DNA from: a virus
Taxonomy: Duplodnaviria > Caudoviricetes
Virus record (IMG/VR): IMGVR_UViG_3300025073_000989
Length of the DNA: 64,000 nucleotides
Direction: 5' to 3' (one strand)
Shown here: positions 11,001 to 18,351 of the stretch, in pieces
Layout: each line of letters begins with the position of its first letter
Position numbering within the stretch: position 1 is the first letter of the stretch
Notes under the pieces: model-generated
The model's database searches: none
What the model was told of the DNA's origin: nothing
The model's input: only the letters and a program-made list of their open reading frames with translations
Translations under genes and position numbers: made by a program

Positions 11001-11338
11001 AAGAAACTGGAGGTACAATAGTTGGTAAAATTGTAAGAGAGCAAAATAAAGTATATTTTGCCTCTAGAGCAATACTAGAAGCAAATAGCTTGTTGGAGCA
11101 CTTAAATAGTCCTATAGTAGACATCCCTAGCAGGATATTAAGTTGGACATTGTCTGGCAAAGCAGAGGAAAGGGACACTGCTCTAGATAAAAAGCGACAG
11201 AAAGCACAAATAGAAGAAATTCAAATTGAACCTGTTAAAGACGCCTGTAATATGTTATGTGCATACATAGAAAAATATCTTAATGGGGAAAAAATAGAAA
11301 ACAAATTTAACTATAAAGAAGCGTTTTTTCACAACTAA
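8030..11338 (+). CDS. Single-chain two-barrel RNA polymerase (fused, minimised beta + beta' homolog)
   Basis: Beta-like GVKITNLSANKGV (two Lys 8 apart), KIDVIV..KRKNYAQIFE and GLKFSTVEFRALE; then beta'-like GTKNGELNNYGMAVRYPYSAKAV, VLVERFPCL and GLDFDGDVIY (DxDGD at 10445-10459). Confidence 0.9.
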   Translation: MSSVQIDQKLKFLCEGIKKQFFSKSSVDLISKKKEGNLSITFENNSLWINIYDGKNSHSIAIPIPYLDKDLQLLVKNDVVRATCPYFVVGLNQELDYMDLLYTVICGDPSCIIEEDIFQRTPFIQQISYSIENGNTSFIALKLQKVINNIVNNLPLHEGSMKSWIMNKRLMFIDPTFNALINPKDRLSYQVSKAEAFFNKGWTQIGLPDGTMVDKNYMLKVDLKRFVPFGNQFHNPARNLYSTLGMNGDELPMVRSESMQILIDKGISRTGWNLFTVFYDIPDTWEDQIMVDSSHATKFITYTKRYQCFGTVLVKENDDLKQGQQLSKAIDGNGEIFDELAEEAHVSKINEILVNVGGVPVKGFNVIVSYKRYLKEGVKITNLSANKGVIRLGKLGFAVDPKTGEQRKIDVIVGLSAVKKRKNYAQIFEALLNVVNQERVTIVADDIKSTLGDIKNRLLAEGFPEDGSRMCHTYAGNFSALCGTVFWGVIHDVENTIWDKDTTFGVNGRGLRTTGLKFSTVEFRALETRFGKDNPVLAEVLSYSQGTTDLTNMLDVLKSKLNIIKPETPCLTIDNVREVDQTTSTIVNGDILYGTVVDEMFYPNGFVLQLPYIFTTALNGNNKVVYEGIKNTNVSAHKKISIDKLYIPCGNLRKSWRHGTAKYGLSEIGSAVNRIVITSKRLIKEPTSKNNITMYYSAISNYFKLISRILGTKNGELNNYGMAVRYPYSAKAVATLSTTLPKNVIEINSSVAKKLQIETGDVVLVERFPCLGFMSLRPQKIKVTEDDKCRYTIRVSGNSLGSMGLDFDGDVIYIAAFHTEEAKALLNKEWKNPDKTCYDIIKKYNVQKSNPRLQEVTIDNIDIKGFSPLTIEEQTGIVGELAGVKAFTGPVIAFLYNLMRILENSNINNKKRTAAGLEEMFTIIGESVFDLKHGIKSPHDVFVEAICTADINTLVENDFDRSTSTILCNLIKQKAKELGVVDLKTYHERAKETGGTIVGKIVREQNKVYFASRAILEANSLLEHLNSPIVDIPSRILSWTLSGKAEERDTALDKKRQKAQIEEIQIEPVKDACNMLCAYIEKYLNGEKIENKFNYKEAFFHN

Positions 11339-11350
11339 AGGCCTAAGTTT

Positions 11351-11890
11351 ATGAAAAATATTCAACATGTTACTATTACTACCCCCTCAAACACCACATT
11401 TACTTATAAAGTAAAAGAAACCCTCCTTTGTGTAAACCCTGGGCTTTCTATTAAAACATACAAAGTACTTAAAACAGGAGCGTCTGTAGTTATATACAAA
11501 ATACAAGAATACAACCCATACCATATAACTGTAGTTTTAATAGTAACTAAGCCTCTTCGTTGTGTTGAAGATTACACTAAACCATACAATTTTATAACAT
11601 TGTGTATGAACGTTAATGAGCTTCCCAAAGTGTTTAAAAAAATTAATTCTACAGTAAAAGAAACAAAAGAAGAAACAAAGGATTTAGGACCAAATTACAT
11701 AATTAATAGTAATCTAGAACATAATGGTTTAGCTTTGCTTGGTAAAAAATGTAAAGTACTTACATTTGGAAATTTAGGAACATTAGTTGAGTTTGAAGAA
11801 AATATCAAAGGAAGTAGTGGCGATGGCACAGGTAAAACTGGGCATTGCTTACTAGTAGCACCAGAAACACTAAAAAGAATAAGGGAGTAA
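11351..11890 (+). CDS. Hypothetical protein
   Basis: 179 aa ORF, same strand, operonic. Confidence 0.55.
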   Translation: MKNIQHVTITTPSNTTFTYKVKETLLCVNPGLSIKTYKVLKTGASVVIYKIQEYNPYHITVVLIVTKPLRCVEDYTKPYNFITLCMNVNELPKVFKKINSTVKETKEETKDLGPNYIINSNLEHNGLALLGKKCKVLTFGNLGTLVEFEENIKGSSGDGTGKTGHCLLVAPETLKRIRE

Positions 11891-11895
11891 AAAAA

Positions 11896-12291
11896 ATGGA
11901 AAAGAAACAGTATAAAGGAATTACGTTTAACGAGTGTAGTTTTATGGGAAAAGTACTTGGGGCACCAAAGTTTGTTCCGGCAGGCGATTCTGAGTATGTT
12001 TTTATTAACCTCTCTGTTCAACAAAGAGAAATGGACGCAAACCAACAATTTGCTGATATTGAAGTAGTTGTACCGCTATTGGTTATGGAGGCCTCTAAAG
12101 TAGAAGTTGTAAAGAAATACGTACAAGAAGGACGCCAGCTGAAGGTAGATGGTTATTACAAAAGTTGGCAAAACGACGGTCGTGCGGGGCATGCCATATT
12201 TGTAACTAAAATACAACTTGGTGATAGGCCATATGTACCAAAAGAGGAACAACAGGCTGCCTCAGCCATGGCTAACCTTCCACCAATGTAA
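11896..12291 (+). CDS. ssb: Single-stranded DNA-binding protein (OB fold)
   Basis: FNECSFMGKVLGAP, GRQLKVDGYYKSW pattern; start placed at the ATG at 11896 after GGGAG. Confidence 0.65.
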   Translation: MEKKQYKGITFNECSFMGKVLGAPKFVPAGDSEYVFINLSVQQREMDANQQFADIEVVVPLLVMEASKVEVVKKYVQEGRQLKVDGYYKSWQNDGRAGHAIFVTKIQLGDRPYVPKEEQQAASAMANLPPM

Positions 12292-12294
12292 TTT

Positions 12295-12416
12295 ATATAA
12301 CGCCTAAATAAGCCGCCGATATGTAGAGCGGTGGCGAAACTACAAGGAGAATTTGAATGAACAAACTTCGCAACAGAACAGAGCTTCTAGCGGCCGGCTT
12401 GATTTTTTTGTTGGGC
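12295..12416 (-). repeat. Integron attC site A1 (minus polarity)
   Basis: Ends ATATAAC...GTTGGGC on +; arms AAAT-AAGCC-GCCG / CGGC-c-GGCTT-g-ATTT with two unpaired bases on the right arm. Confidence 0.8.
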
Positions 12417-12635
12417 GTTTCGGCCTTGGCTGGGTGCACAGACGCAAAAATGAAACAGTTTACAGCCCTTGGGTCGCCAGGAGAGATTGTTTGTTTTTCT
12501 GGCGGTAAAGAAATTTACAAGGGAATTTCAACCGGGAAAATATCTACAGAACAAGGGAGTGACGGATGGTATTTCCAGGAGCAGACCACCGGAAAACTAA
12601 TCCGTGTTTCTGGCGACTGCCTTATTCGGAACTGA
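12357..12635 (+). CDS. Cassette-borne lipoprotein
   Basis: Signal peptide with lipobox LAGC; AAGGAG RBS and ATG lie inside attC A1. Confidence 0.75.
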   Translation: MNKLRNRTELLAAGLIFLLGVSALAGCTDAKMKQFTALGSPGEIVCFSGGKEIYKGISTGKISTEQGSDGWYFQEQTTGKLIRVSGDCLIRN

Positions 12636-12636
12636 C

Positions 12637-12724
12637 GCCCAACGGTATTTTAACCTGCCGCGCCTATGGCTTGGCAGCAAATGCGACCGCGCTGCTCGCG
12701 GTCAGGTTGAAAATTTTGTTATGA
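12637..12724 (-). repeat. Integron attC site A2 (minus polarity)
   Basis: GCCCAAC (complement of GTTGGGC in A1)...GTTATGA; arms ATTTT-AACCTG-CCGCG / CGCGG-t-CAGGTT-g-AAAAT. Confidence 0.85.
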
Positions 12725-12754
12725 TGCGTAAGTTTTATTCCATTTTTTAAAAAG

Positions 12755-13945
12755 GTGAATTGTATGAAACAAGTAATTTCTACGGAACAGAAGCCTATTA
12801 AGTTGTGGTTGGATGATATTGAAGACGGGGCGCTTGCCCAAGCCAAGAACCTTGCCAACCTTCCTTTTATTTTCAAGCACATTGCTATTATGCCCGACTC
12901 GCATCAAGGCTACGGAATGCCTATTGGCGGGGTCATGGCCACACAGGGCGTTGTTGTCCCGAACGCTGTCGGTGTTGATATCGGATGCGGCATGTGCGCC
13001 CTCAAGACTTCCATTGCTACCCTTGACCAAGCAACGCTGAAAAAAATTATGGGCGGCTCGAAGGAATATAAAGGCGGCATAAGAAGTGCTGTGCCAGTCG
13101 GGTTTTCGCACCATTCTAAAAAACAGGACGAGGGATTGATGCCAAGAATTACAACTGGCTTGCCAATTGTTGAGAAAGAATACAGTTCCGCCTTGAAGCA
13201 GATCGGAACCCTTGGCGGAGGCAACCATTTTATTGAGATACAACAAGGCAATGATGGATTTGTGTGGTTGATGATCCATTCCGGCAGCCGGAATATAGGG
13301 TTTAAAGTGGCGCATCATTATAACGATGTGGCTATTTCTCTGAATGAGCGGTGGCGTTCTGCTGTACCGGCAAACTGGCAACTGGCGTTTTTGCCTTTGG
13401 ATAGCGAAGAAGGGCGAAGTTACTTGGCGGAAATGCAATACTGTGTTGATTTTGCGCTTGCCAGCCGGGGGCTTATGATGGAGTTGGTTAAACGTTCTAT
13501 TGTTGAGGTGATTGCAGATGTTACTTTTGGCGATATCATAAACATTGCCCATAACTACGCCACTATGGAGCACCACTTTGGAACAAACGTGATGATTCAC
13601 CGTAAGGGGGCTACAAAAGCCTACCCTGACCAACTTGGCATTATTCCCGGCAGCCAAGGGACTGCAAGCTACATCGTTCGGGGTAAGGGTGAACCTGAAA
13701 GTTTTATGTCTTGTTCTCATGGTGCCGGTCGCAAGATGGGGCGCAAACAAGCCGAGCGAGAACTTGACCTTAATGCCGAGATTGAAAGGCTTGATTCTAT
13801 GGGCGTTATTCATGCAATCCGATACCAGAAAGATTTAGATGAAGCACCAGGGGCTTATAAAGATATTTCTACCGTGATGAGTAACCAAACTGATTTAGTT
13901 GATATTGCAGTGGAACTAAGGCCACTGGCGGTTATTAAGGGGTAG
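12755..13945 (+). CDS. rtcB: RtcB RNA 2',3'-cyclic phosphate/5'-OH ligase, cassette-borne
   Basis: MPDSHQGYGMPIGG, VGVDIGCG, GTLGGGNHFIE, MIHSGSR, IHRKGAT, SCSHGAGR, DEAPGAYKDI; visibly GC-richer than flanks. Confidence 0.95.
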   Translation: MNCMKQVISTEQKPIKLWLDDIEDGALAQAKNLANLPFIFKHIAIMPDSHQGYGMPIGGVMATQGVVVPNAVGVDIGCGMCALKTSIATLDQATLKKIMGGSKEYKGGIRSAVPVGFSHHSKKQDEGLMPRITTGLPIVEKEYSSALKQIGTLGGGNHFIEIQQGNDGFVWLMIHSGSRNIGFKVAHHYNDVAISLNERWRSAVPANWQLAFLPLDSEEGRSYLAEMQYCVDFALASRGLMMELVKRSIVEVIADVTFGDIINIAHNYATMEHHFGTNVMIHRKGATKAYPDQLGIIPGSQGTASYIVRGKGEPESFMSCSHGAGRKMGRKQAERELDLNAEIERLDSMGVIHAIRYQKDLDEAPGAYKDISTVMSNQTDLVDIAVELRPLAVIKG

Positions 13946-13947
13946 CA

Positions 13948-14034
13948 TCATAACGCCAAAATAAGCTGTGCCGCCTATAGCGGTGCAGCAAAAACACCGG
14001 ATTTCCCGGCATCAGCTTAATTTTATTGTTATGC
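13948..14034 (-). repeat. Integron attC site A3 (minus polarity)
   Basis: TCATAAC (complement of GTTATGA in A2)...GTTATGC; arms AAAAT-AAGCTG-TGCCG / CGGCA-t-CAGCTT-a-ATTTT. Confidence 0.85.
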
Positions 14035-14357
14035 CATTCGTGGCGAGGAATTTCCTAATGGTTAAAATGAAAATAATTGACATCGATGGTGGCATCGGCA
14101 TGGAGTTCCCGAATGGTGTGGACTGCCTCAAGCAACATGGATTCGGGATGTTTCTTGAGTCCTGGGCGGATGGGGAATTGGTGATTACGCCAGAGGCAAA
14201 AAGGGCAATCCTCGAACACGGCAAGGAAATGAGTTTGGGAGGTATCGCGTTTTTCGATCAAAAAATGATCGGATTCATGCAGAACGAGATTCCTTTCGAT
14301 GGCATATCGGTTAACGGGAAATCCAAGGATTGGATTCGGGAGTTACCAGAGGCATAA
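13968..14357 (+). CDS. Cassette-borne hypothetical protein (start uncertain: 13968, 14031 or 14058)
   Basis: ORF fills the space between A3 and A4; its stop TAA is part of GGCATAA, the core-site complement. Confidence 0.6.
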   Translation: MPPIAVQQKHRISRHQLNFIVMPFVARNFLMVKMKIIDIDGGIGMEFPNGVDCLKQHGFGMFLESWADGELVITPEAKRAILEHGKEMSLGGIAFFDQKMIGFMQNEIPFDGISVNGKSKDWIRELPEA

Positions 14358-14435
14358 TATCGCTGGCGTAACCAGCCTGTCGCACATGAAAGGAGATTGA
14401 CACCATGACAACGCCTATTGACGTAATTGTTAGCT
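14352..14435 (-). repeat. Degenerate attC site A4
   Basis: GCATAAT (one mismatch to the GCATAAC expected from A3)...GTTAGCT; partial arms GGCGT/ACGCC and TGTC/GACA. Confidence 0.5.
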
Positions 14436-14638
14436 GGGTGCGCTACCAAGCGCGAATGTTTAAGCACCGACCACGGATGTTGTGGAACCGCGCATTCGTG
14501 CGGAAAAATGAGTTTCACAACAGCCTCGATATGGATGTCCGGTCGATGTACGACATGAACACTGAAGACCGGCAGCGATACATTGCCGATTTGATACGCC
14601 GCAGGAACATTGCACATGAGCGTGACATTGATAGCTAA
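14405..14638 (+). CDS. Cassette-borne hypothetical protein
   Basis: AAGGAG RBS and ATG inside A4; ends at AGCTAAC (14633-14639), the complement of GTTAGCT. Confidence 0.65.
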   Translation: MTTPIDVIVSWVRYQARMFKHRPRMLWNRAFVRKNEFHNSLDMDVRSMYDMNTEDRQRYIADLIRRRNIAHERDIDS

Positions 14639-14642
14639 CACA

Positions 14643-14698
14643 ATATGATATGAAATTTAACAGTGTCTGTATAGCACTAGTTAAGTTTCATATCATAT
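14643..14698. other. Long AT-rich hairpin at the array boundary
   Basis: ATATGATATGAAA-t-TTAAC-AGTG...CACT-a-GTTAA-g-TTTCATATCATAT. Confidence 0.7.
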
Positions 14699-14739
14699 AT
14701 ATTTTTAATGAAATATATATATAAGGATGAATATATGGT

Positions 14740-15165
14740 ATGAATAATGAGAATTTGGTACTGGGAAGTAAAGTAAGAATAGGTATAGTAGAAGACAAAG
14801 AGCCACAAACAATAGAAGAACGTTTAGCCCGTTTAGAGGAAAAACTAAAAGCAATGATAGTAGCTTTTAACGCAACTAAAAGTATATTAAAAACTAAACA
14901 GAACCGAGATGAAATAGACGACAAAGTGTTTGGTGTAGATAAGAATAGGGATGGTATACCTATAGATACGGTTTTATTCGGAGTTACCAAAAGTATACCG
15001 TATATTTTAATCGTAAATAAGGAAGGTGAGTACATAGTTGGAAATAAAAAATATACTACACTATCTTCAGCAGCAGAAGAAATAAGCGGTGTAAGAAGAA
15101 GTGGTTGGGTTTTTTGGAAACTGCCTGACGGAAGGACAGCCAAAGAGGTATTTAGAAAAAGGTAA
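14740..15165 (+). CDS. RAMA-like domain protein with N-terminal coiled coil
   Basis: C-terminal YTTLSSAAEEISGVRRSGWVFWK resembles the S.SaAA...nGW.FW RAMA signature. Confidence 0.6.
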   Translation: MNNENLVLGSKVRIGIVEDKEPQTIEERLARLEEKLKAMIVAFNATKSILKTKQNRDEIDDKVFGVDKNRDGIPIDTVLFGVTKSIPYILIVNKEGEYIVGNKKYTTLSSAAEEISGVRRSGWVFWKLPDGRTAKEVFRKR

Positions 15166-15737
15166 TGGCTAAAAACAAAAAAGCAAAAAAGAGAGACAAA
15201 AATAGCAGAAAAGTAGCCATTAAACGTTTTATAAGAAATATCTGCGAAGAAAAGTGTAGTCTCTGCGACGTTGTAAATTATCTAGTTGATCTACCACCAG
15301 ACTTTATTTTTTGCTACGACCGAGTATATTTAAATAATACAAAGAAATTTAACTGTGTAGTTTTAAAAAAACTTAGAAAAATAAAAACATGGAACTATAA
15401 TACTTCCATGGACCCAACAGAGGGTGAAATATTAGTATTTACATATTTATTTTGTGATTCAGAAATCTGCAGTAAAGAAATAAAAGTTCTTGATGATAAG
15501 GGAATGTGTCTTAGTATAAAGAACTGTTTAGAGAAATTCAGATTACACGTTATTCCGGATAACTATGCAGTAGAAAACATGTTTCCAGTAGAAGAAGAAA
15601 AAAGTAGAAGAGTAAAAAAGCTGAAAATACAAAAGAAACCTAAAAAAAAAGAACCAACACTGTGTTTCTTTTCAAACATGAATGAGGAGCAACTTAGAGT
15701 GCATCTAGAAAAACTAAATGAAGATAACAATAGCTGA
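15165..15737 (+). CDS. Cys-containing basic hypothetical protein
   Basis: 190 aa ORF overlapping neighbours; CEEKCSLC near the N-terminus. Confidence 0.55.
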   Translation: MAKNKKAKKRDKNSRKVAIKRFIRNICEEKCSLCDVVNYLVDLPPDFIFCYDRVYLNNTKKFNCVVLKKLRKIKTWNYNTSMDPTEGEILVFTYLFCDSEICSKEIKVLDDKGMCLSIKNCLEKFRLHVIPDNYAVENMFPVEEEKSRRVKKLKIQKKPKKKEPTLCFFSNMNEEQLRVHLEKLNEDNNS

Positions 15738-17130
15738 CCAAATAAAACTATACAACGTACCAGAAGTAATCAAAAACGCTCTACTTGCTGAACTACGATT
15801 TGTTAACCCTAAATACACAGAAGCAAAAAAACAAGGGTACTGGACAGGAAATATTGAAAAATATATTACAAATTTTAATATACTCCTAGACGGAGCCATT
15901 CAAATGCCCAGAGGTATGCTAAGCTTTATATTAAAACTAGCAAAAAGTATAGAAGAAGAAATTGAAATAAACGATGAAAGAACCAGATTTTTACAAAACT
16001 TTGAAATTGATTCTTCAAATATAAAACTACGCCCTTACCAAATGAAAGGTATTAGTGACTTAGTAGGAAATGGGGATAATGGTCTACTAGTTTCAAAAGC
16101 TGGTAGTGGAAAAACAATAATGGGGATTTCATTAATACCATTACTGGGTCAACCAACATTGTGGATTACACACACTACACCCCTAATTAATCAGGTATTG
16201 GAACGTATACATCAATTTTTACCAAGCTTAATTAATGATGATTTAGGTTATATTGGTTCTGGAAAGTGGAAAGTTGGTAATGTAGTAACAGTAGCTATGG
16301 TTCAGACTTTAGTAAGAAGTTCGGAAAAATTAAATACACTAAAAAACAGATTTGGTTTAATAGTAGTAGATGAAGTACATCATGCTCCTAGTACTACGTT
16401 TACAACTGTATTAAAACAATTGAATCCTTATTATTTATATGGTCTTACGGCTACTCCTTATAGAAAGGATGGACTAGAAAAACTAATGTTTCAAACTGTG
16501 GGAGAGTTGTGTTCTGTAATACCAATAGAAGAGATAAAAAAAAGCGGTGGTATTTTAACACCAACTGTAATAAAAAGAAGAATAAGTTCTCCTACAACAA
16601 TTTTAACCGATGATTTTCAAAAAATTATAAACGGCTTGGTATATGATAGCTACAGAAATCAAACAATTGCTAACGATGTTTTAATAGAGGCTAGAAATAA
16701 TAACACCTGTATAGTAATCACAGATAGAAAGATTCATGCTGAATTACTATATACAATAATAAAAAAAGGTTGGCCAAAAACCACTATAGCTACCGGTAAC
16801 TATAGTAAAAAATATGTAAGAGAACAAATAGATAAATTAGAAAAAAAAGAAGTAACAGTACTAATAGCCACTGGGGCTTTATTGGGAGAAGGATTCGATT
16901 ATGCTCCGTTAAATAGATGTTTCCTTGGATTACCTTTTAGAAATGTAGTAAAAATTGAACAAATTATAGGTAGAATACAAAGACCAGCAATTGGAAAAAA
17001 AGATGCCATATTGTATGATTACGTAGACGACCATGGTTTATTAAAACATCAATTTTTTAATGAAGGCGTTAAAGGATGCAGATATAATGTTTATAAAAAC
17101 ATCGGAGCAACTATTGTAGAAAAAAAATAA
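15718..17130 (+). CDS. Superfamily 2 DEAD/DEAH helicase
   Basis: LRPYQ, KAGSGKT, VVDEVHH, GLTATPYRKDG, EGFDY, QIIGRIQR. Confidence 0.9.
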   Translation: MKITIADQIKLYNVPEVIKNALLAELRFVNPKYTEAKKQGYWTGNIEKYITNFNILLDGAIQMPRGMLSFILKLAKSIEEEIEINDERTRFLQNFEIDSSNIKLRPYQMKGISDLVGNGDNGLLVSKAGSGKTIMGISLIPLLGQPTLWITHTTPLINQVLERIHQFLPSLINDDLGYIGSGKWKVGNVVTVAMVQTLVRSSEKLNTLKNRFGLIVVDEVHHAPSTTFTTVLKQLNPYYLYGLTATPYRKDGLEKLMFQTVGELCSVIPIEEIKKSGGILTPTVIKRRISSPTTILTDDFQKIINGLVYDSYRNQTIANDVLIEARNNNTCIVITDRKIHAELLYTIIKKGWPKTTIATGNYSKKYVREQIDKLEKKEVTVLIATGALLGEGFDYAPLNRCFLGLPFRNVVKIEQIIGRIQRPAIGKKDAILYDYVDDHGLLKHQFFNEGVKGCRYNVYKNIGATIVEKK

Positions 17131-17182
17131 ACACAATGAAGGAAGGACATATTAGCTATGCGATAGTTTAAGGACAAAATAT

Positions 17183-18325
17183 ATGAAATTTAAGATACAA
17201 ATATCAGACAAAATGACACATGAGGACCAAAATGCTAAAATATTAAGAATACCGCGAGATTTAAGATCAGAACTTGGAATAAGTATTGGTGAAACTATAG
17301 ATCTTGGTACAAAAGATGGTAGTTTAATCAAATTAAACATAGGTCAAGCCTTTATAGAAGATAAAGATACAAACAGTAGAGTAGCTTTTGTTTCGAAACT
17401 TATTTTTGATGTATTGGAATTTATAGACAACGAAGAAAAAAACCCAATACCTCTAGTTAATGATATCACTTTAGGGGCTGATCCTGAATATTTTTTACTA
17501 AAAAAACAAAATCATAACATAGTAACAGCAAATAGCTTTTTTGGTAAATATGGTGCGATTGGCTATGATGGTATACTAGCAGAAATAAGACCAGAACCAC
17601 ATACATGTGAGGAAGGATTAACAAACAATATAAAAGGGTTACTTCAGAAAGCAAAAAACATAATAAGTACACATAAGACTCTAGGACAAGATACTACATT
17701 AGTGGCTAAATCTCATCATAGGGGAGTAGTTGCTGGATTTCATCTACATTATGGTATTATTTCTCCAGCATTACTAGCTCCAAATTACAACTATAATGTA
17801 TTAAATGTAATAATAGAACAAATAGTTAGAGTGTTAGATTACTATTTGGGAATTCCAAGTATAATACCTGAAGGGATTGAAGACTCGTCAAGAAGATGTG
17901 CCCCATTTACTTCTTATGGTAAAGCCGGAGACTATAGAGTAGATCATAGAACTTTAGAGTATAGAGTTCCAGGAGGACATCTTTTAAGGCATCCAAATCT
18001 AACTAAAGGTTTAATAGGTTTAGGGGCAGCTGTAATAGAAGATATTATAAGTAGAATAAAAGTATGTTCAGACAATTTTGATTTATCAAAAATATCCAAT
18101 ATCAACGAAAAAGATCTATATCCAAACATTCTTAGTAAGCAAGAATTAATTCAGACAATAGGTACTCCTGATACAAAAAAAGCAAAAGACAAATTAGACA
18201 GTATCTACAAGGATGTATCAAGTATGGTAAGTTACGGAAAAAGGAAAGAAACTATAGACTTGTTTTTCTCAGTCTTAGAAGAAAAATATAGTTGTTATAT
18301 TGAAGACAACTGGCAACTAAAATAG
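17183..18325 (+). CDS. phiEco32-like COOH-NH2 ligase, copy 2, with extra N-terminal domain
   Basis: TLGADPEYFL, DGILAEIRP, AGFHLHYG, YGKAGDYR, LEYRVPGG. Confidence 0.8.
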   Translation: MKFKIQISDKMTHEDQNAKILRIPRDLRSELGISIGETIDLGTKDGSLIKLNIGQAFIEDKDTNSRVAFVSKLIFDVLEFIDNEEKNPIPLVNDITLGADPEYFLLKKQNHNIVTANSFFGKYGAIGYDGILAEIRPEPHTCEEGLTNNIKGLLQKAKNIISTHKTLGQDTTLVAKSHHRGVVAGFHLHYGIISPALLAPNYNYNVLNVIIEQIVRVLDYYLGIPSIIPEGIEDSSRRCAPFTSYGKAGDYRVDHRTLEYRVPGGHLLRHPNLTKGLIGLGAAVIEDIISRIKVCSDNFDLSKISNINEKDLYPNILSKQELIQTIGTPDTKKAKDKLDSIYKDVSSMVSYGKRKETIDLFFSVLEEKYSCYIEDNWQLK

Positions 18326-18351
18326 TAACTATTAATAGCAGGAGTAATTTA

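Noticed and set aside
8030-11338. Intein or intron in the polymerase or other core genes
   Set aside because: Conserved motifs are collinear with no insertion carrying splicing or homing-nuclease signatures
12719-13813. 364-aa minus-strand ORF
   Set aside because: Antisense shadow of rtcB in GC-richer DNA; no motifs. The same applies to most short ORFs in the track that are nested opposite long genes.
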